64,000 nt of DNA from Bacillota bacterium (GTDB lineage: Bacteria > Bacillota > Clostridia > Ch29): assembly GCA_013540605.1 (NCBI GenBank), contig JABVCK010000029.1, positions 257,022 to 321,021 of the forward strand, given 5' to 3'. The position numbers and the translations under genes are program-made. The notes beneath the pieces are model-generated. The model did no database searches and was not told the DNA's origin. It saw only the letters and a list, made by a program, of their open reading frames with translations. Positions within the stretch are counted from its first letter, which is position 1. Each line of letters opens with the position of its first letter. Shown piece after piece: positions 19,534-30,298 of this stretch.

Positions 19534-20262
19534 ATGAATAAGAAAACGCTGAAGATGATGCTTATAAGCTTGTTATCTGTTGCTTTGCTTGCGGGGTGCT
19601 CGGCTAAAAAGCCGCAGGAAGTTGAACCGACAGAACCGCCGGTACCGTCAGTATCATATGAAGAGCCTGCAGCCAGCAGTGATTTGGACAATACCAAAGA
19701 AGTAGAAAGCCAAATGGAACAGCAGGAAGCAGAAAGAGAAGAAAATCTGCGGTCAGAGGAGCAGGACGAGCAATTGTTCCAATCCTATATTGATCATATT
19801 GTAAGGAGTGCATCAAGGCTTGGACCGGTTCATCTTGGAGATACACTTGAAGATGTCATAAAAAACTTAGGGGATAATTTTACCGAAGAAACGATCAAGG
19901 ATGATGCAGGCTTTTTCCCGGAGCCTCTGGCGCTGTTGGATTATGAAGGACAAATAGAATTATGGATTGGGAAAAAGACGAATAGAGTGGTCGGGATAAA
20001 GGTTTCAACTGAAGAATTCCAAACGGATTTAGGCTTTAAAACAGGGGATAATGCCAATACAGTAATAGACAGATATAAAGACCTATATGGAGAATTTGAA
20101 AGTCCTCACGGTGGGATAAATCTTGGCTGGTTTGAGGTGGAAAAGGATGTAGTGATAATATTTGATTTTATTAGAGATGATAATTCCAGATTTAATCCTG
20201 AAATAACTCCGGACTCAAAGGTGGAGTATATTGAGCTGATATATGCCTGGATACTCGACTGA
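19534..20262 (+). CDS. Hypothetical lipoprotein
   Basis: Lipobox LLAGC; acidic Pro-rich linker; AGGAGG RBS. Confidence 0.85.
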   Translation: MNKKTLKMMLISLLSVALLAGCSAKKPQEVEPTEPPVPSVSYEEPAASSDLDNTKEVESQMEQQEAEREENLRSEEQDEQLFQSYIDHIVRSASRLGPVHLGDTLEDVIKNLGDNFTEETIKDDAGFFPEPLALLDYEGQIELWIGKKTNRVVGIKVSTEEFQTDLGFKTGDNANTVIDRYKDLYGEFESPHGGINLGWFEVEKDVVIIFDFIRDDNSRFNPEITPDSKVEYIELIYAWILD

Positions 20263-20289
20263 TTTCCGGAGACAGGGAGCGATGAAATT

Positions 20290-20931
20290 ATGCATGTGCA
20301 TAAAGTGTTCTGGGAGCAGCCATATCTATCGGAAATAACGGCAAGGATAACAAGTATCAATGAGAGCGTTGTTACCCTTGATAGGACCATAGCCTATGCT
20401 TTCTCAGGCGGACAGGAATCAGACGCCGGAACTATTGATTCGTATAAAATCCTGAAGGCGGAAAAGGTTGGGAAAAATATTTATTATACGATTCACGGCA
20501 GCCATAACCTAAAAACCGGAGACTCGGTGCTGGTCAAGATTGACTGGGAGAGGCGATATAGGATAATGAGGTTGCATTTTGCCGCTGAGATCATTCTTGA
20601 GTTGATCAACCAGAACTATAATCATCCTGAAAAGCTGGGCGCGCATATATCGGAGGAAAAAGCCCGGCTGGATTTCAGGTGGGAAGGCAGTATAGCAGAC
20701 ACTTTTGACCTTCTGTCAAAGGAAATGGAAAGCATTGTTGAAAGGGACCTGGAGATCAAAAGCAAGTTCATTGATGAGGAGAATGAGATCAGATGCTGGG
20801 AGATTGAAGGCTTTGCGGAGGTGTTGTGCGGAGGAACTCATATAAAGTCGACGGGCGAAATCGGGAGAGTTGCACTGAGGAGAAACAACATCGGCAGGGG
20901 AAAAGAAAGAATAGAAATATATTTAACTTGA
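20290..20931 (+). CDS. Free-standing alanyl-tRNA editing protein (AlaX-like)
   Basis: SGGQESDAG, IDWERRYRIMRLH and CGGTH motifs. Confidence 0.88.
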   Translation: MHVHKVFWEQPYLSEITARITSINESVVTLDRTIAYAFSGGQESDAGTIDSYKILKAEKVGKNIYYTIHGSHNLKTGDSVLVKIDWERRYRIMRLHFAAEIILELINQNYNHPEKLGAHISEEKARLDFRWEGSIADTFDLLSKEMESIVERDLEIKSKFIDEENEIRCWEIEGFAEVLCGGTHIKSTGEIGRVALRRNNIGRGKERIEIYLT

Positions 20932-21017
20932 AACTGGCTTTTAATTTGACTAAAATAGATTCTAGTGAGGATAACAAATTACACTATGGAAGGAAAAAAA
21001 TGAAGGGGGATACAAAA

Positions 21018-22085
21018 TTGTTTAAAAAAGGCATAGGCATTCTTGTGGTTGTTCTGGTAATTGCGCTGGCCCTGGCGGGCTGCAGCAAAGAGACCACCGG
21101 CTTCAAAGTGGGAATGGTTACTGACGCAGGTACAATTGATGACAAATCATTTAATCAGGGAACTTGGGAAGGCGTGCTGCGCGCTGCTGAAGAACTGAAG
21201 CTTGAAACTAAGTATCTTAAACCCAGTGGAACAACAGAGGCCGACTACATTAAGGAGATAAGCAACCTGTATGATGCAGGCTTCAAATTCATAGTTACTC
21301 CAGGTTTTAAGTTCGAAACCGCAATATTCCAGGCACAGGATAAGTATCCGGATGCGAAATTTGTTCTAATTGACGGTTACCCGCATTCAGGAGACTACGC
21401 ACCTGTTGTGAAGGAAAACACGGTTTCCATATTCTTTGCCGAGCATGAATCAGGCTTCCTTGCCGCTGTTGCGACAGCGCTGCAGCTTAAAGAAGGCGAA
21501 GTGGGATTCATAGGCGGTATGGAAATTCCGGCTGTCCAGAAGTTTAACTGGGGCTTCCAGCAAGGTATTAAGTATGCTAACGAGAACCTGGGCACAAATA
21601 TCACTATTAAAGCAGAAAACGTAATATACCAGGGCTCCTTTGACAACGTCGCGGCCGGACAGCAGCTCGCTGCCCAGATGTTCGACAAAGGTGTGAAAGC
21701 AATTTTCTGTGCAGCCGGCGGTGTTGGCGTCGGAGCTATTAACGAAGCAAAATCGAGGGCAAAAACGGGCGAAGAAGTATGGATTGTCGGTGTTGACGTG
21801 GACCAGTACGCAGAGGGTATATACGAAGGCGATAAGTCAATCATTATTACATCTGCCATGAAGTATATAGACCAGGTTTCCTATGATATGATTAAGGCCG
21901 AATACGAAGGAAAATTCCCTGGAGGCGAGACGCTTGTTTTTGATGCAAAGAACAATGGCGTAGGCATTCCTGCCAAGAACCCGAACCTGAGTGATGAGGT
22001 ACAGGCAAAGGTAGCTGACGTATTTAAGAAGCTGCAAACTGGAGAAATTAAGGTATCGGATCAGCAGGGCAGCTTGATTAAATAG
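21018..22085 (+). CDS. BMP-family (nucleoside/purine) ABC transporter substrate-binding lipoprotein
   Basis: LAGC lipobox, DDKSFNQ, AAGGVGVG, VGVDVDQ. Confidence 0.93.
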   Translation: MFKKGIGILVVVLVIALALAGCSKETTGFKVGMVTDAGTIDDKSFNQGTWEGVLRAAEELKLETKYLKPSGTTEADYIKEISNLYDAGFKFIVTPGFKFETAIFQAQDKYPDAKFVLIDGYPHSGDYAPVVKENTVSIFFAEHESGFLAAVATALQLKEGEVGFIGGMEIPAVQKFNWGFQQGIKYANENLGTNITIKAENVIYQGSFDNVAAGQQLAAQMFDKGVKAIFCAAGGVGVGAINEAKSRAKTGEEVWIVGVDVDQYAEGIYEGDKSIIITSAMKYIDQVSYDMIKAEYEGKFPGGETLVFDAKNNGVGIPAKNPNLSDEVQAKVADVFKKLQTGEIKVSDQQGSLIK

Positions 22086-22107
22086 CTGCAAATAAAAAGC
22101 TTTACGG

Positions 22108-22133
22108 GAAGAGGACAGGTGCTTGTCCTCTTC
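22108..22133 (+). other. Intercistronic hairpin after the binding-protein gene
   Basis: GAAGAGGACA-GGTGCT-TGTCCTCTTC perfect 10-bp stem. Confidence 0.6.
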
Positions 22134-22152
22134 TTATTAATGTAAGGGGACA
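22133..22152 (-). repeat. GGGGACA-type dispersed repeat copy
   Basis: Reverse complement is identical to 48096-48115 (20/20). Confidence 0.8.
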
Positions 22153-22163
22153 AAGGAGAAGAT

Positions 22164-23690
22164 ATGATGGATTATATTGTGGAGATGTTGAACATCCGTA
22201 AAGAGTTTCCCGGCATTGTCGCTAACGATGACATTACACTTCAGTTAAAGCATGGAGAAATCCATGCCCTGCTTGGAGAGAATGGTGCCGGAAAATCTAC
22301 TCTGATGAGCATTCTATTTGGCCTTTACCAACCGGACCGGGGTACCATAAAGGTCCGCGGGAAGCAGGTGAACATTGCCAACCCCAACGTTGCCAATGAT
22401 CTGGGGATTGGAATGGTACACCAGCATTTCAAACTTGTGCACAACTTTACTGTTACCGAGAATATCATACTTGGAATGGAAACGAAGAAAGGTATTGTAG
22501 TGGATATTAAATCAGCAGCTTCCCGCGTGGAGGAGCTATCGAAAAAATACGGCCTTAACGTGGACCCCTATGCGAAAATCGAAGATGTCTCGGTTGGAAT
22601 GCAGCAGCGCGTGGAAATAATGAAGATGCTTTACCGGAATGCGGAGGTGCTGATTTTCGACGAGCCTACTTCAGTGCTGACACCGCAGGAGATTCAGGAT
22701 TTGATGAAAATCATGCGAAACCTGATAGCAGAGGGGAAATCCATCATACTGATTACCCATAAACTTAATGAGATAAAGGCTATAGCGGACCGGTGCACCG
22801 TAATACGCAGGGGTAAGCTCATCGGGACCGTTGACGTAGCATCCACGACAAAGGGCAAACTGGCGGAGATGATGGTAGGACGGGAAGTGAGTTTTAAAGT
22901 AGAAAAGAAGGAATGTGAACCTGGAGAAGTGGTTCTTAGGGTTGAAAATCTCTCAGTATTGAATAACCGTAAGGTCATGGGACTGAAGGATTTTTCCATT
23001 GAAGTCCGTTCCGGTGAGATAGTAGGTGTTGCCGGAGTTGAGGGGAACGGACAGACCGAATTGGTTGAAGCTATTACAGGGTTACGGAAGGCCGCATCAG
23101 GAAGGGTACTGCTAAACGGGAAGGATATTACCGACCTGTCCATCCGTGAGCGGATCAAGTCCAAAATGGCACATATACCGGAGGATAGACATAAATACGG
23201 CCTTATTCTTGATTATTCCGTTGAGGACAACATGATCATGAAGGTATATTACCAGGAGCCGTATTCTAAAAGCGGTCTATTAAACCGGGAGGCCATTCAC
23301 CGGCATGCGGAGAAGGTGATGGATGAATTTGATGTAAGGGCCGGGAAAGGCGCAGCTTCTGATGCAAGGTCACTCTCAGGGGGAAACCAGCAAAAAGCGA
23401 TAGTTGGCAGAGAAATCGACCACGACCCTGACCTGTTAATTGCGGTTCAACCTACACGGGGTTTGGACGTGGGTGCCATAGAGTATATCCATAAACGGAT
23501 AGTAGAGCAGCGGGATAGGGGAAAAGCGGTGCTGCTGGTGTCTCTGGAGCTTGATGAAGTGCTTAATCTGGCTGACCGTATTGCTATAATAAACAACGGT
23601 GAACTCATAGGCATCGTAGACGCGAAGGATACCAACGAGAACGAAGTAGGCCTCATGATGGCTGGGGTAAAGAGGGGTGATATTGCATGA
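22164..23690 (+). CDS. ABC transporter ATP-binding protein (double ATPase, nucleoside/sugar type)
   Basis: GENGAGKS, LSGGNQQK, QPTRGLDVG. Confidence 0.95.
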   Translation: MMDYIVEMLNIRKEFPGIVANDDITLQLKHGEIHALLGENGAGKSTLMSILFGLYQPDRGTIKVRGKQVNIANPNVANDLGIGMVHQHFKLVHNFTVTENIILGMETKKGIVVDIKSAASRVEELSKKYGLNVDPYAKIEDVSVGMQQRVEIMKMLYRNAEVLIFDEPTSVLTPQEIQDLMKIMRNLIAEGKSIILITHKLNEIKAIADRCTVIRRGKLIGTVDVASTTKGKLAEMMVGREVSFKVEKKECEPGEVVLRVENLSVLNNRKVMGLKDFSIEVRSGEIVGVAGVEGNGQTELVEAITGLRKAASGRVLLNGKDITDLSIRERIKSKMAHIPEDRHKYGLILDYSVEDNMIMKVYYQEPYSKSGLLNREAIHRHAEKVMDEFDVRAGKGAASDARSLSGGNQQKAIVGREIDHDPDLLIAVQPTRGLDVGAIEYIHKRIVEQRDRGKAVLLVSLELDEVLNLADRIAIINNGELIGIVDAKDTNENEVGLMMAGVKRGDIA

Positions 23691-24745
23691 GGATACGGAT
23701 TAAGAGGGAAAATTTAATGCCCCTGGTGGCCGGCGTGCTGGGGCTGCTTGCCGGAGCGGTACTTATGGCAGCCACCGGCAACAATCCGTTTCAAGGATAT
23801 GCCTACCTGTTCAGGGGTGGATTGATGAACATCGAGCGTATCGGGAACAGCCTTGCCACCGCTACTCCGCTTATATTCACCGGGCTTTCTGTCGCGTTTG
23901 CGTTTAAAACCGGCCTTTTCAATATAGGTGCAGCCGGTCAGATGCTTATAGGGGGGATGTGCGCTACAGCTGTGGGACTTACTTTTATGTGGCCCAAACC
24001 GCTTCTTTTAACGGTTATGATAATAGCGGCCATAATTGGCGGAGCCGCCTGGGGCATTGTGCCAGGGCTTCTTAAAGCGAAATTTAATGTTCATGAAGTT
24101 GTTGCGACCATCATGATGAACTGGATTGCCTACTGGACCGTATATTACGTAGTACCGGCCTACTTTAAAGGTACGTACCTGGAGACAGAATCCCGAAGGA
24201 TACCATATGCTGCATCCTTGAAGGTGAGCTGGCTAACCGATATGTTCAACGGTTCCTATATAAACCTCGGTTTCTTTCTTGCTATTATTGCGGTAGTTGT
24301 TATAGCTTTCATACTGGAAAGGACAACCCTGGGTTATGAACTGAAGGCCGTTGGCTATAACAGGCATGCGGCCGAATACGCAGGGATACGTGCAAACAGG
24401 AATATAGTGCTGTCCATGATGATCGCCGGTGCCCTTGCCGGCCTTGGCGGGGCAGCTTTCTATGTTGGATACGCTTCCAACATTCAAATTGGTGTACTTC
24501 CTTCCCAGGGCTATGATGGTATAGCAGTTTCCCTGCTTGGCACCAACTCACCGTGGGGTGTTTTCGGCGCAGCAATCTTTTTCGGCCTGCTGCATTCGGG
24601 GAAGGGTTTTATGAACGCCATGACGAAAATCCCTCCGGAAATTGCCGATACGATTATTGCCACTATTATTTATTTTTCAGCTACCAGCATACTGATTGAG
24701 AGAAACTGGGACAAACTGAGGAAAAGAATGGGGGGTGCAAAGTAA
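23687..24745 (+). CDS. ABC transporter permease
   Basis: GLFNIGAAGQ, VHEVVATIMMN, GYDGIAVSLLG. Confidence 0.93.
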   Translation: MRIRIKRENLMPLVAGVLGLLAGAVLMAATGNNPFQGYAYLFRGGLMNIERIGNSLATATPLIFTGLSVAFAFKTGLFNIGAAGQMLIGGMCATAVGLTFMWPKPLLLTVMIIAAIIGGAAWGIVPGLLKAKFNVHEVVATIMMNWIAYWTVYYVVPAYFKGTYLETESRRIPYAASLKVSWLTDMFNGSYINLGFFLAIIAVVVIAFILERTTLGYELKAVGYNRHAAEYAGIRANRNIVLSMMIAGALAGLGGAAFYVGYASNIQIGVLPSQGYDGIAVSLLGTNSPWGVFGAAIFFGLLHSGKGFMNAMTKIPPEIADTIIATIIYFSATSILIERNWDKLRKRMGGAK

Positions 24746-24746
24746 T

Positions 24747-25694
24747 ATGTGGGGTATAGTTGTTCAGGTTTTTCCATATGCCATCGCCTTTACCATTCCA
24801 CTCCTGATTACAGCCCTTGGAGGGCTTTTCAGTGAACGAAGCGGTATTGTGAATATAGGACTTGAAGGTTTAATGGTTGTAGGTTTTTTTACGGGAGCGC
24901 TGGTTATTTATAGATTGGAAGCGTTTATGCCGGGTTCTGCAGTCTGGATAGGGCTGTTAGCGGCCTTTGTTGCCGGAGCCCTTTTTTCCCTGCTTCACGC
25001 CTTTGCCAGTATTAATCTTAACGCGAACCAGGTTATCAGCGGGACGGCGATAAATATGATTGCCGGGGCCTTAACGGTATATCTTGCCCGAAACATAACG
25101 GGCAGCGGCAACATCCATATCGTACACGGGTTGGTACGGAAAAGTGTTCCTGTATTATCCAGGATTCCGATTATCGGGAAGCTGTTCTTCACCCATACCT
25201 ACGCAACAACATGGCTGATACTTGCAATACTTTTAATATCATGGTTTGTGCTTTATAAAACTGCCTTCGGACTGCGTCTGCGGGCCTGCGGTGAGCACCC
25301 CCAGGCTGCCGATTCTGCAGGTATTAACGTTTATCTGATGCGTTATATTGCCGTTATGATATCCGGTGCCTTTGCCGGTCTCGGGGGCGCTATAATTCTT
25401 GTAACATATTCCGGAGAATTCAACGGTACCGTTGGAGGTCAGGGATTTCTGGCGCTTGCGGCGTTGATATTCGGGCAGTGGAAGCCTCTGGGGATACTGG
25501 GCGCTACTCTTTTTTTCGGATTTGCAAGCACCATTGCCAACGTATCTCAGGTAATACCGGCATTGACCAGGATTCCGGGCATACTGCTGAAGACCTTTCC
25601 CTATGTGATAACATTGATCGTGCTGGTGATATTCTCAAAAACTTCCCAGGCACCACGGGCTTCAGGGGAGCCCTATGACAAAGGAAAACGCTGA
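24747..25694 (+). CDS. ABC transporter permease
   Basis: SERSGIVNIGLEG, GLRLRACGEHP, GFLALAALIFG. Confidence 0.93.
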   Translation: MWGIVVQVFPYAIAFTIPLLITALGGLFSERSGIVNIGLEGLMVVGFFTGALVIYRLEAFMPGSAVWIGLLAAFVAGALFSLLHAFASINLNANQVISGTAINMIAGALTVYLARNITGSGNIHIVHGLVRKSVPVLSRIPIIGKLFFTHTYATTWLILAILLISWFVLYKTAFGLRLRACGEHPQAADSAGINVYLMRYIAVMISGAFAGLGGAIILVTYSGEFNGTVGGQGFLALAALIFGQWKPLGILGATLFFGFASTIANVSQVIPALTRIPGILLKTFPYVITLIVLVIFSKTSQAPRASGEPYDKGKR

Positions 25695-25695
25695 C

Positions 25696-25719
25696 AAAAG
25701 GTGCCCAAAGGCACCTTTT
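25696..25719 (+). terminator. Intrinsic terminator
   Basis: AAAAGGTGCC-CAAA-GGCACCTTTT. Confidence 0.7.
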
Positions 25720-25793
25720 ACTGCTGCTGAAGGAATAATACTAAAAGCATCGCATGATAAGTGTTTCATTAAAGCTTTTGGGAGAGATGTAAC

Positions 25794-26412
25794 ATGAGCA
25801 TAGCAAAATCAGGTATAATAATAGGTGCTGCTACATTGGTTGTCCTGTTCATATTCTTTTGGGCTCTATCACCGGGGTCGACACCGGCTATTAAAGATGA
25901 ACAGGGGAATGTGCCGGCAGATAGTATTGCATCTTTGGACAAGGTTGATATTGGGGGCATGGATCAGTGGATACTGGTCAGGGGAAAGGATGTTTCAAAT
26001 CCTGTTTTGCTGTGGCTTCATGGAGGTCCGGGGGCAGCCCAGATGCCGATAGCCCGTCATTTTAACGGTGCACTGGAAGAGCATTTCATAGTTGTTCACT
26101 GGGACCAGCGGGGTGCGGGAAAATCAAACCCGTTTGGCTTTGAGGAGCAGACCATGACCTTTGAGCAGTTTGTGGACGATGCCCATCAGATGACCCAGTA
26201 TCTAAAAAAAGGTTCAATAAAGATAAGATATACCTTGTAGGGCATTCCTGGGGCTCGCAGATGGGCATCATGCTGGCACATTTATATCCTGTGACGACTA
26301 CTACGCCTATGTGGCAGTCAGCCAGGTTGTGGACGATAATGCCGGTGCTGAGATTGCGTACAAGTGGTTGATGGAAGAAATTAAGAAGAAGGGGAATAAT
26401 AAAGATAGGTGA
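25794..26412 (+). pseudogene. Alpha/beta hydrolase (proline iminopeptidase-like), two frameshifts and truncated
   Basis: LHGGPG and WDQRGAGKS; nucleophile motif GHSWG appears only in another frame after the A run at ~26210; a third frame gives YYAYVAVSQVV. Confidence 0.85.
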
Positions 26413-26523
26413 ACCGGAAGAGTTTAACAAACTGCTGGTTCGAGTGAAAAAGGAAACAATGGAAAAGTTTAAGTAACGGGGCCACGAAGGAGTTAAATAT
26501 TTGTGATAATAGGGGGATGACAG

Positions 26524-26958
26524 TTGATAATCAAAGCTTTTATATGTGAGGGATCGGACGGTGTAGATTTGCTAAGAGACATGGGCAGGAATGGTATTTC
26601 CGAGTATTTAAGAGGCGTAGGTACTGACTGCCGGGTTTTTGACGATTACATAATTGCCAAGGCTCCAATTTTTGATACAATGGGTTATATCAGGATTGAT
26701 TTTGGCGGCGTGGAAGAGAAAATCACGAAAATCGAGTACCAGGTATTATCCGATGAGAAGAACCAGAGGAAAATTTTTGAGGAGTTATACATAGATATGG
26801 AAGGAATGCTTGGTTCTCCTGCCGTAGAGGATAGCCATGATAACAATAACGGTGACATTCCGGTAGTTGTCTGGGAGAATAATAATATACGGGCAGAGCT
26901 GTCATCGATTGAAATATATGGGCTGTACTTGCTTATTGAAATCACAAGGACGGCATAG
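26524..26958 (+). CDS. Hypothetical protein
   Basis: GGGGGA RBS; fills the gap; no recognised motif. Confidence 0.6.
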   Translation: MIIKAFICEGSDGVDLLRDMGRNGISEYLRGVGTDCRVFDDYIIAKAPIFDTMGYIRIDFGGVEEKITKIEYQVLSDEKNQRKIFEELYIDMEGMLGSPAVEDSHDNNNGDIPVVVWENNNIRAELSSIEIYGLYLLIEITRTA

Positions 26959-26990
26959 AGCTGTAAAATAGACGATACAGGGAGGAAAGA

Positions 26991-27626
26991 ATGATAACGA
27001 ATATTATCTGGGATTTCGACGGCACCCTCTATAATACTTATCCGGCAATAGCCATGGGTTTTATTAAAGCCCTGCAGAGGGATTACAATACAACTTATGA
27101 CTATTTGCAGGTGTATAATTGGTCAAGGACAGGGATCAACTATTGTTCGGAACGGTTGGGAGAGAAACTGGGAATGGACCCGGAAGCTGTCAAGGAGAGC
27201 TTTGAAGCATACTATTTAGCAGGAACAGGTATCGATGAACTGCCTTTTCCCGGCGCCGAGGCTGTGTGTGAAGCTATAGTGAAAAGAGGCGGCAGGAATT
27301 TTATAGTAACCCATAGGGGGAGGGCGTCGCTGGAAAGGCTCCTCTGCAAGCACGGTATGGATGCCTATTTTGACGAGCTCGTGTCTTCTGATTGCGGCTT
27401 TGCAAGAAAACCTAGCCCGGAAGCGTTTGATTACATTATTCAAAAATACAGGATTTCCATAGATAGAGTTATAGCGGTGGGAGACAGGCAAATAGATGTC
27501 CAGGCGGCGAATGCCGCAGGGGTGTTCTCCTGTTATTTCGACTCCGGAGGTGAGACATACTGTGAAGCGGATTTCCAGATATCAGATCTGTTTCAGCTGC
27601 TATCTATCATCAATGGAGAAAATTAA
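26991..27626 (+). CDS. HAD-IA hydrolase
   Basis: WDFDGTL, RKPSP, VGDRQID. Confidence 0.9.
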   Translation: MITNIIWDFDGTLYNTYPAIAMGFIKALQRDYNTTYDYLQVYNWSRTGINYCSERLGEKLGMDPEAVKESFEAYYLAGTGIDELPFPGAEAVCEAIVKRGGRNFIVTHRGRASLERLLCKHGMDAYFDELVSSDCGFARKPSPEAFDYIIQKYRISIDRVIAVGDRQIDVQAANAAGVFSCYFDSGGETYCEADFQISDLFQLLSIINGEN

Positions 27627-27731
27627 GATAAATAAAATAAAGGGTACAAGGAGGATATTACAGCGATGATACCCAACTCTGAGAATGACAGAGGCGTTAA
27701 TAATAACAAAGAGGGGGCAGAGGTGACAAAA

Positions 27732-29420
27732 ATGAGCAATCCCGGTCTGGCATCAAACTTTATTCAGAACATCATCAATGAGGACAATGAAAAGGGCACC
27801 TATGGCGGGAGGGTACATACAAGATTTCCACCGGAGCCAAATGGTTACCTGCATATCGGCCATGCAAAGGCAATATGCGTGGATTTTGGTATTGCTGCCC
27901 AGTATAACGGTCTTTGTAACTTGAGGTTTGACGATACAAATCCGAGTAAAGAAGATGTCGAATACGTAGAGTCAATAAAAAGGGATGTGAATTGGCTTGG
28001 TTTCGACTGGGAAGATCGTGAATACTATGCATCTGATTATTTTGAACAGCTGTACCGGTATGCTTTGCAGCTGATAAAAGCCGGCAAGGCTTATGTATGC
28101 GATCTTAGTCCGGAAGAGATCAGGGAATACAGAGGCACGCTGACCGAGCCGGGAAAGGAAAGCCCGTACAGGAACCGGTCGGTTGAAGAGAACCTTGACC
28201 TTTTTGAGAGAATGAAGGCAGGGGAGTACGAGGACGGCACAAGGGTTTTGAGGGCAAAAATAGATATGGCATCACCGAACCTGAACATGCGCGACCCGGT
28301 CCTATACAGGATACTGCGGTCAACCCACCACCGAACCGGCGATAAGTGGTGTATCTATCCCATGTACGATTATGCCCACCCCCTTTCGGATGCAATCGAA
28401 GGGGTGACCCACTCCATATGTACCCTTGAGTTTGAAGACCACAGACCGCTGTATGACTGGATATTGGCTGCACTGGAGCTGCCGAACCCGCCAAAACAGA
28501 TAGAGTTTGCAAGGCTGAACCTTACAAACACGATAATGAGCAAGAGAAAGCTGCGACAGCTGGTCGAAAAAGGCATTGTGGAGGGATGGGACGACCCGAG
28601 GATGCCCACGTTGTCCGGGCTGCGCAGACGTGGCTATACACCTGAAGCAATCAGGGACTTCTGTGAACGAATCGGTGTGGCAAAGAGCAACAGCGTGGTT
28701 GATATAGCACTGCTGGAGCACTGTATCAGGGAGGACCTGAATAAAAAAGTCCCCAGGGTTATGGCTGTTCTCAGACCCCTCAAAGTGGTGATTACCAACT
28801 ACCCTGAGGGTGAGGTTGAGTATGTTGAGGCTGAAAACAACCCGGAGGACCCGGGCGCCGGGACAAGGAAACTGCCCTTTGGACGGGAAATATATATCGA
28901 GCAGGATGATTTCCTTGAAGATCCCCCGAAAAAATTTTTCCGGCTTGCACCAGGAAAGGAAGTCAGATTAAAACACGCCTATATTATAAAATGCGAAGAT
29001 GTAATCAAGAATCAAAAAACCGGAGAAATCGTTGAGCTTCGCTGCACATACGATCCCGATACTATAAGCGGCGGCCCGTCAAGCGGTAGAAAGGTCAAGG
29101 GGACCCTTCACTGGGTATCGGCAAAGCATGCGCTGGACGCAAGAATAAGACTGTACGAGCACCTTCTGATTGACGAAGACGCTTGGGGGGAAGGAGAGGA
29201 AAACGATTTTCTTTCCCAGATAAATCCGAATTCCTTGGAAGTTTTAACCTCTAGCAAGGTAGAGGAGAGCCTTAAGGATGCGGCACCGGGCAGCCGGTTC
29301 CAGTTTTTGAGGCAGGGGTATTTCTGCGTTGATACCACTTCGGGTAAGGATAATTCCCTGGTATTTAACCGCATTGTCTCGCTTAAGGACACATGGGCGA
29401 AAATTAATAAGAATGAGTAG
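27732..29420 (+). CDS. glnS: Glutamine--tRNA ligase
   Basis: [39 protein letters not shown]. Confidence 0.97.
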   Translation: MSNPGLASNFIQNIINEDNEKGTYGGRVHTRFPPEPNGYLHIGHAKAICVDFGIAAQYNGLCNLRFDDTNPSKEDVEYVESIKRDVNWLGFDWEDREYYASDYFEQLYRYALQLIKAGKAYVCDLSPEEIREYRGTLTEPGKESPYRNRSVEENLDLFERMKAGEYEDGTRVLRAKIDMASPNLNMRDPVLYRILRSTHHRTGDKWCIYPMYDYAHPLSDAIEGVTHSICTLEFEDHRPLYDWILAALELPNPPKQIEFARLNLTNTIMSKRKLRQLVEKGIVEGWDDPRMPTLSGLRRRGYTPEAIRDFCERIGVAKSNSVVDIALLEHCIREDLNKKVPRVMAVLRPLKVVITNYPEGEVEYVEAENNPEDPGAGTRKLPFGREIYIEQDDFLEDPPKKFFRLAPGKEVRLKHAYIIKCEDVIKNQKTGEIVELRCTYDPDTISGGPSSGRKVKGTLHWVSAKHALDARIRLYEHLLIDEDAWGEGEENDFLSQINPNSLEVLTSSKVEESLKDAAPGSRFQFLRQGYFCVDTTSGKDNSLVFNRIVSLKDTWAKINKNE

Positions 29421-29518
29421 ATTGCAAATGCCCGTTGCCGGCTTCTATGCCTATACGGGCATAAATATTAACCATAAACATATTATGTCAACTAACAGTA
29501 CCAGAGAGGTGCCTTGAT

Positions 29519-29923
29519 ATGGAGTATTGTGAATTCAAACAACAGCTTATGGAATTGCTGCAGGATGATTATTCCGGCGGTGAGATTGCCGAGGAGATGT
29601 ACTTTTTTATTATGGGCCAGTTTTTGGTATTTGCATTGGTAAAGGCAGGGGGATTGGACAGACGTATGAGAGAGTTGAATTATATAACCAACCCGTATCT
29701 CCCTATCGGTATCAAGGAAGTGGAGAGGAGAACGATGAGGTTTTTGAAAAGGTTTAAAGAAGCCGGTGGATGCGCAGGGCATAGGGAGAACTTTATATAT
29801 CGGATACTGGAGAAATACAGGTATATTAATGGTGAAGGAATAAAAAATCAAAGGACCTGTGAAGAGGCTTTCTATCTTGGCCTTCACAGCGAAAATATCA
29901 TAGCTGATACTGGAAAATTATAA
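29519..29923 (+). CDS. Stand-alone protein resembling the Cas8b C-terminal (Cas11b small-subunit) domain
   Basis: GAGG RBS; motifs YFFIMGQ, NP, RENFIY, FYLGLHSENII. Confidence 0.5.
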   Translation: MEYCEFKQQLMELLQDDYSGGEIAEEMYFFIMGQFLVFALVKAGGLDRRMRELNYITNPYLPIGIKEVERRTMRFLKRFKEAGGCAGHRENFIYRILEKYRYINGEGIKNQRTCEEAFYLGLHSENIIADTGKL

Positions 29924-30029
29924 CCAAAAAAGAATAATCGCACGGGCTGAATAGGAATAATAAGCAAAGAAATTATTCACGGTGTCTCCGTGAATAATCC
30001 GTATCAAATCAAGAAATGGAGGTTAACAT

Positions 30030-30287
30030 ATGGGGAAGACCGTGCTTGGAATCCAAATAAGAGACCGGTTCGAATGTGTTCCGGAAACACAGGAACTGTT
30101 TACCGAATTCGGCTGCATCATAAAAACCCGGCTGGGCCTCCACCAGCAGGCGGAGACCGGAGACGCCTGCACTGAAAAGGGCCTGATAATACTGGAGCTG
30201 GTAGAGAATTGCGACGATCGATGCAGGGAATTCGAGGAACGACTGAACGAAGTTGAAGGAATCAAGGTCAGAAAGATGGAGTTTTAG
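30030..30287 (+). CDS. Small ACT-like protein (TM1266 / iron-only hydrogenase regulator-like)
   Basis: Q..FTEFGCIIKTRLGLH and GLIILEL motifs; GGAGG RBS. Confidence 0.7.
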   Translation: MGKTVLGIQIRDRFECVPETQELFTEFGCIIKTRLGLHQQAETGDACTEKGLIILELVENCDDRCREFEERLNEVEGIKVRKMEF

Positions 30288-30298
30288 ATAGCAGCCAT

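Noticed and set aside
20932..21017. Purine riboswitch upstream of the BMP transporter
   Set aside because: The gap is too short and the conserved aptamer motifs are not visible.
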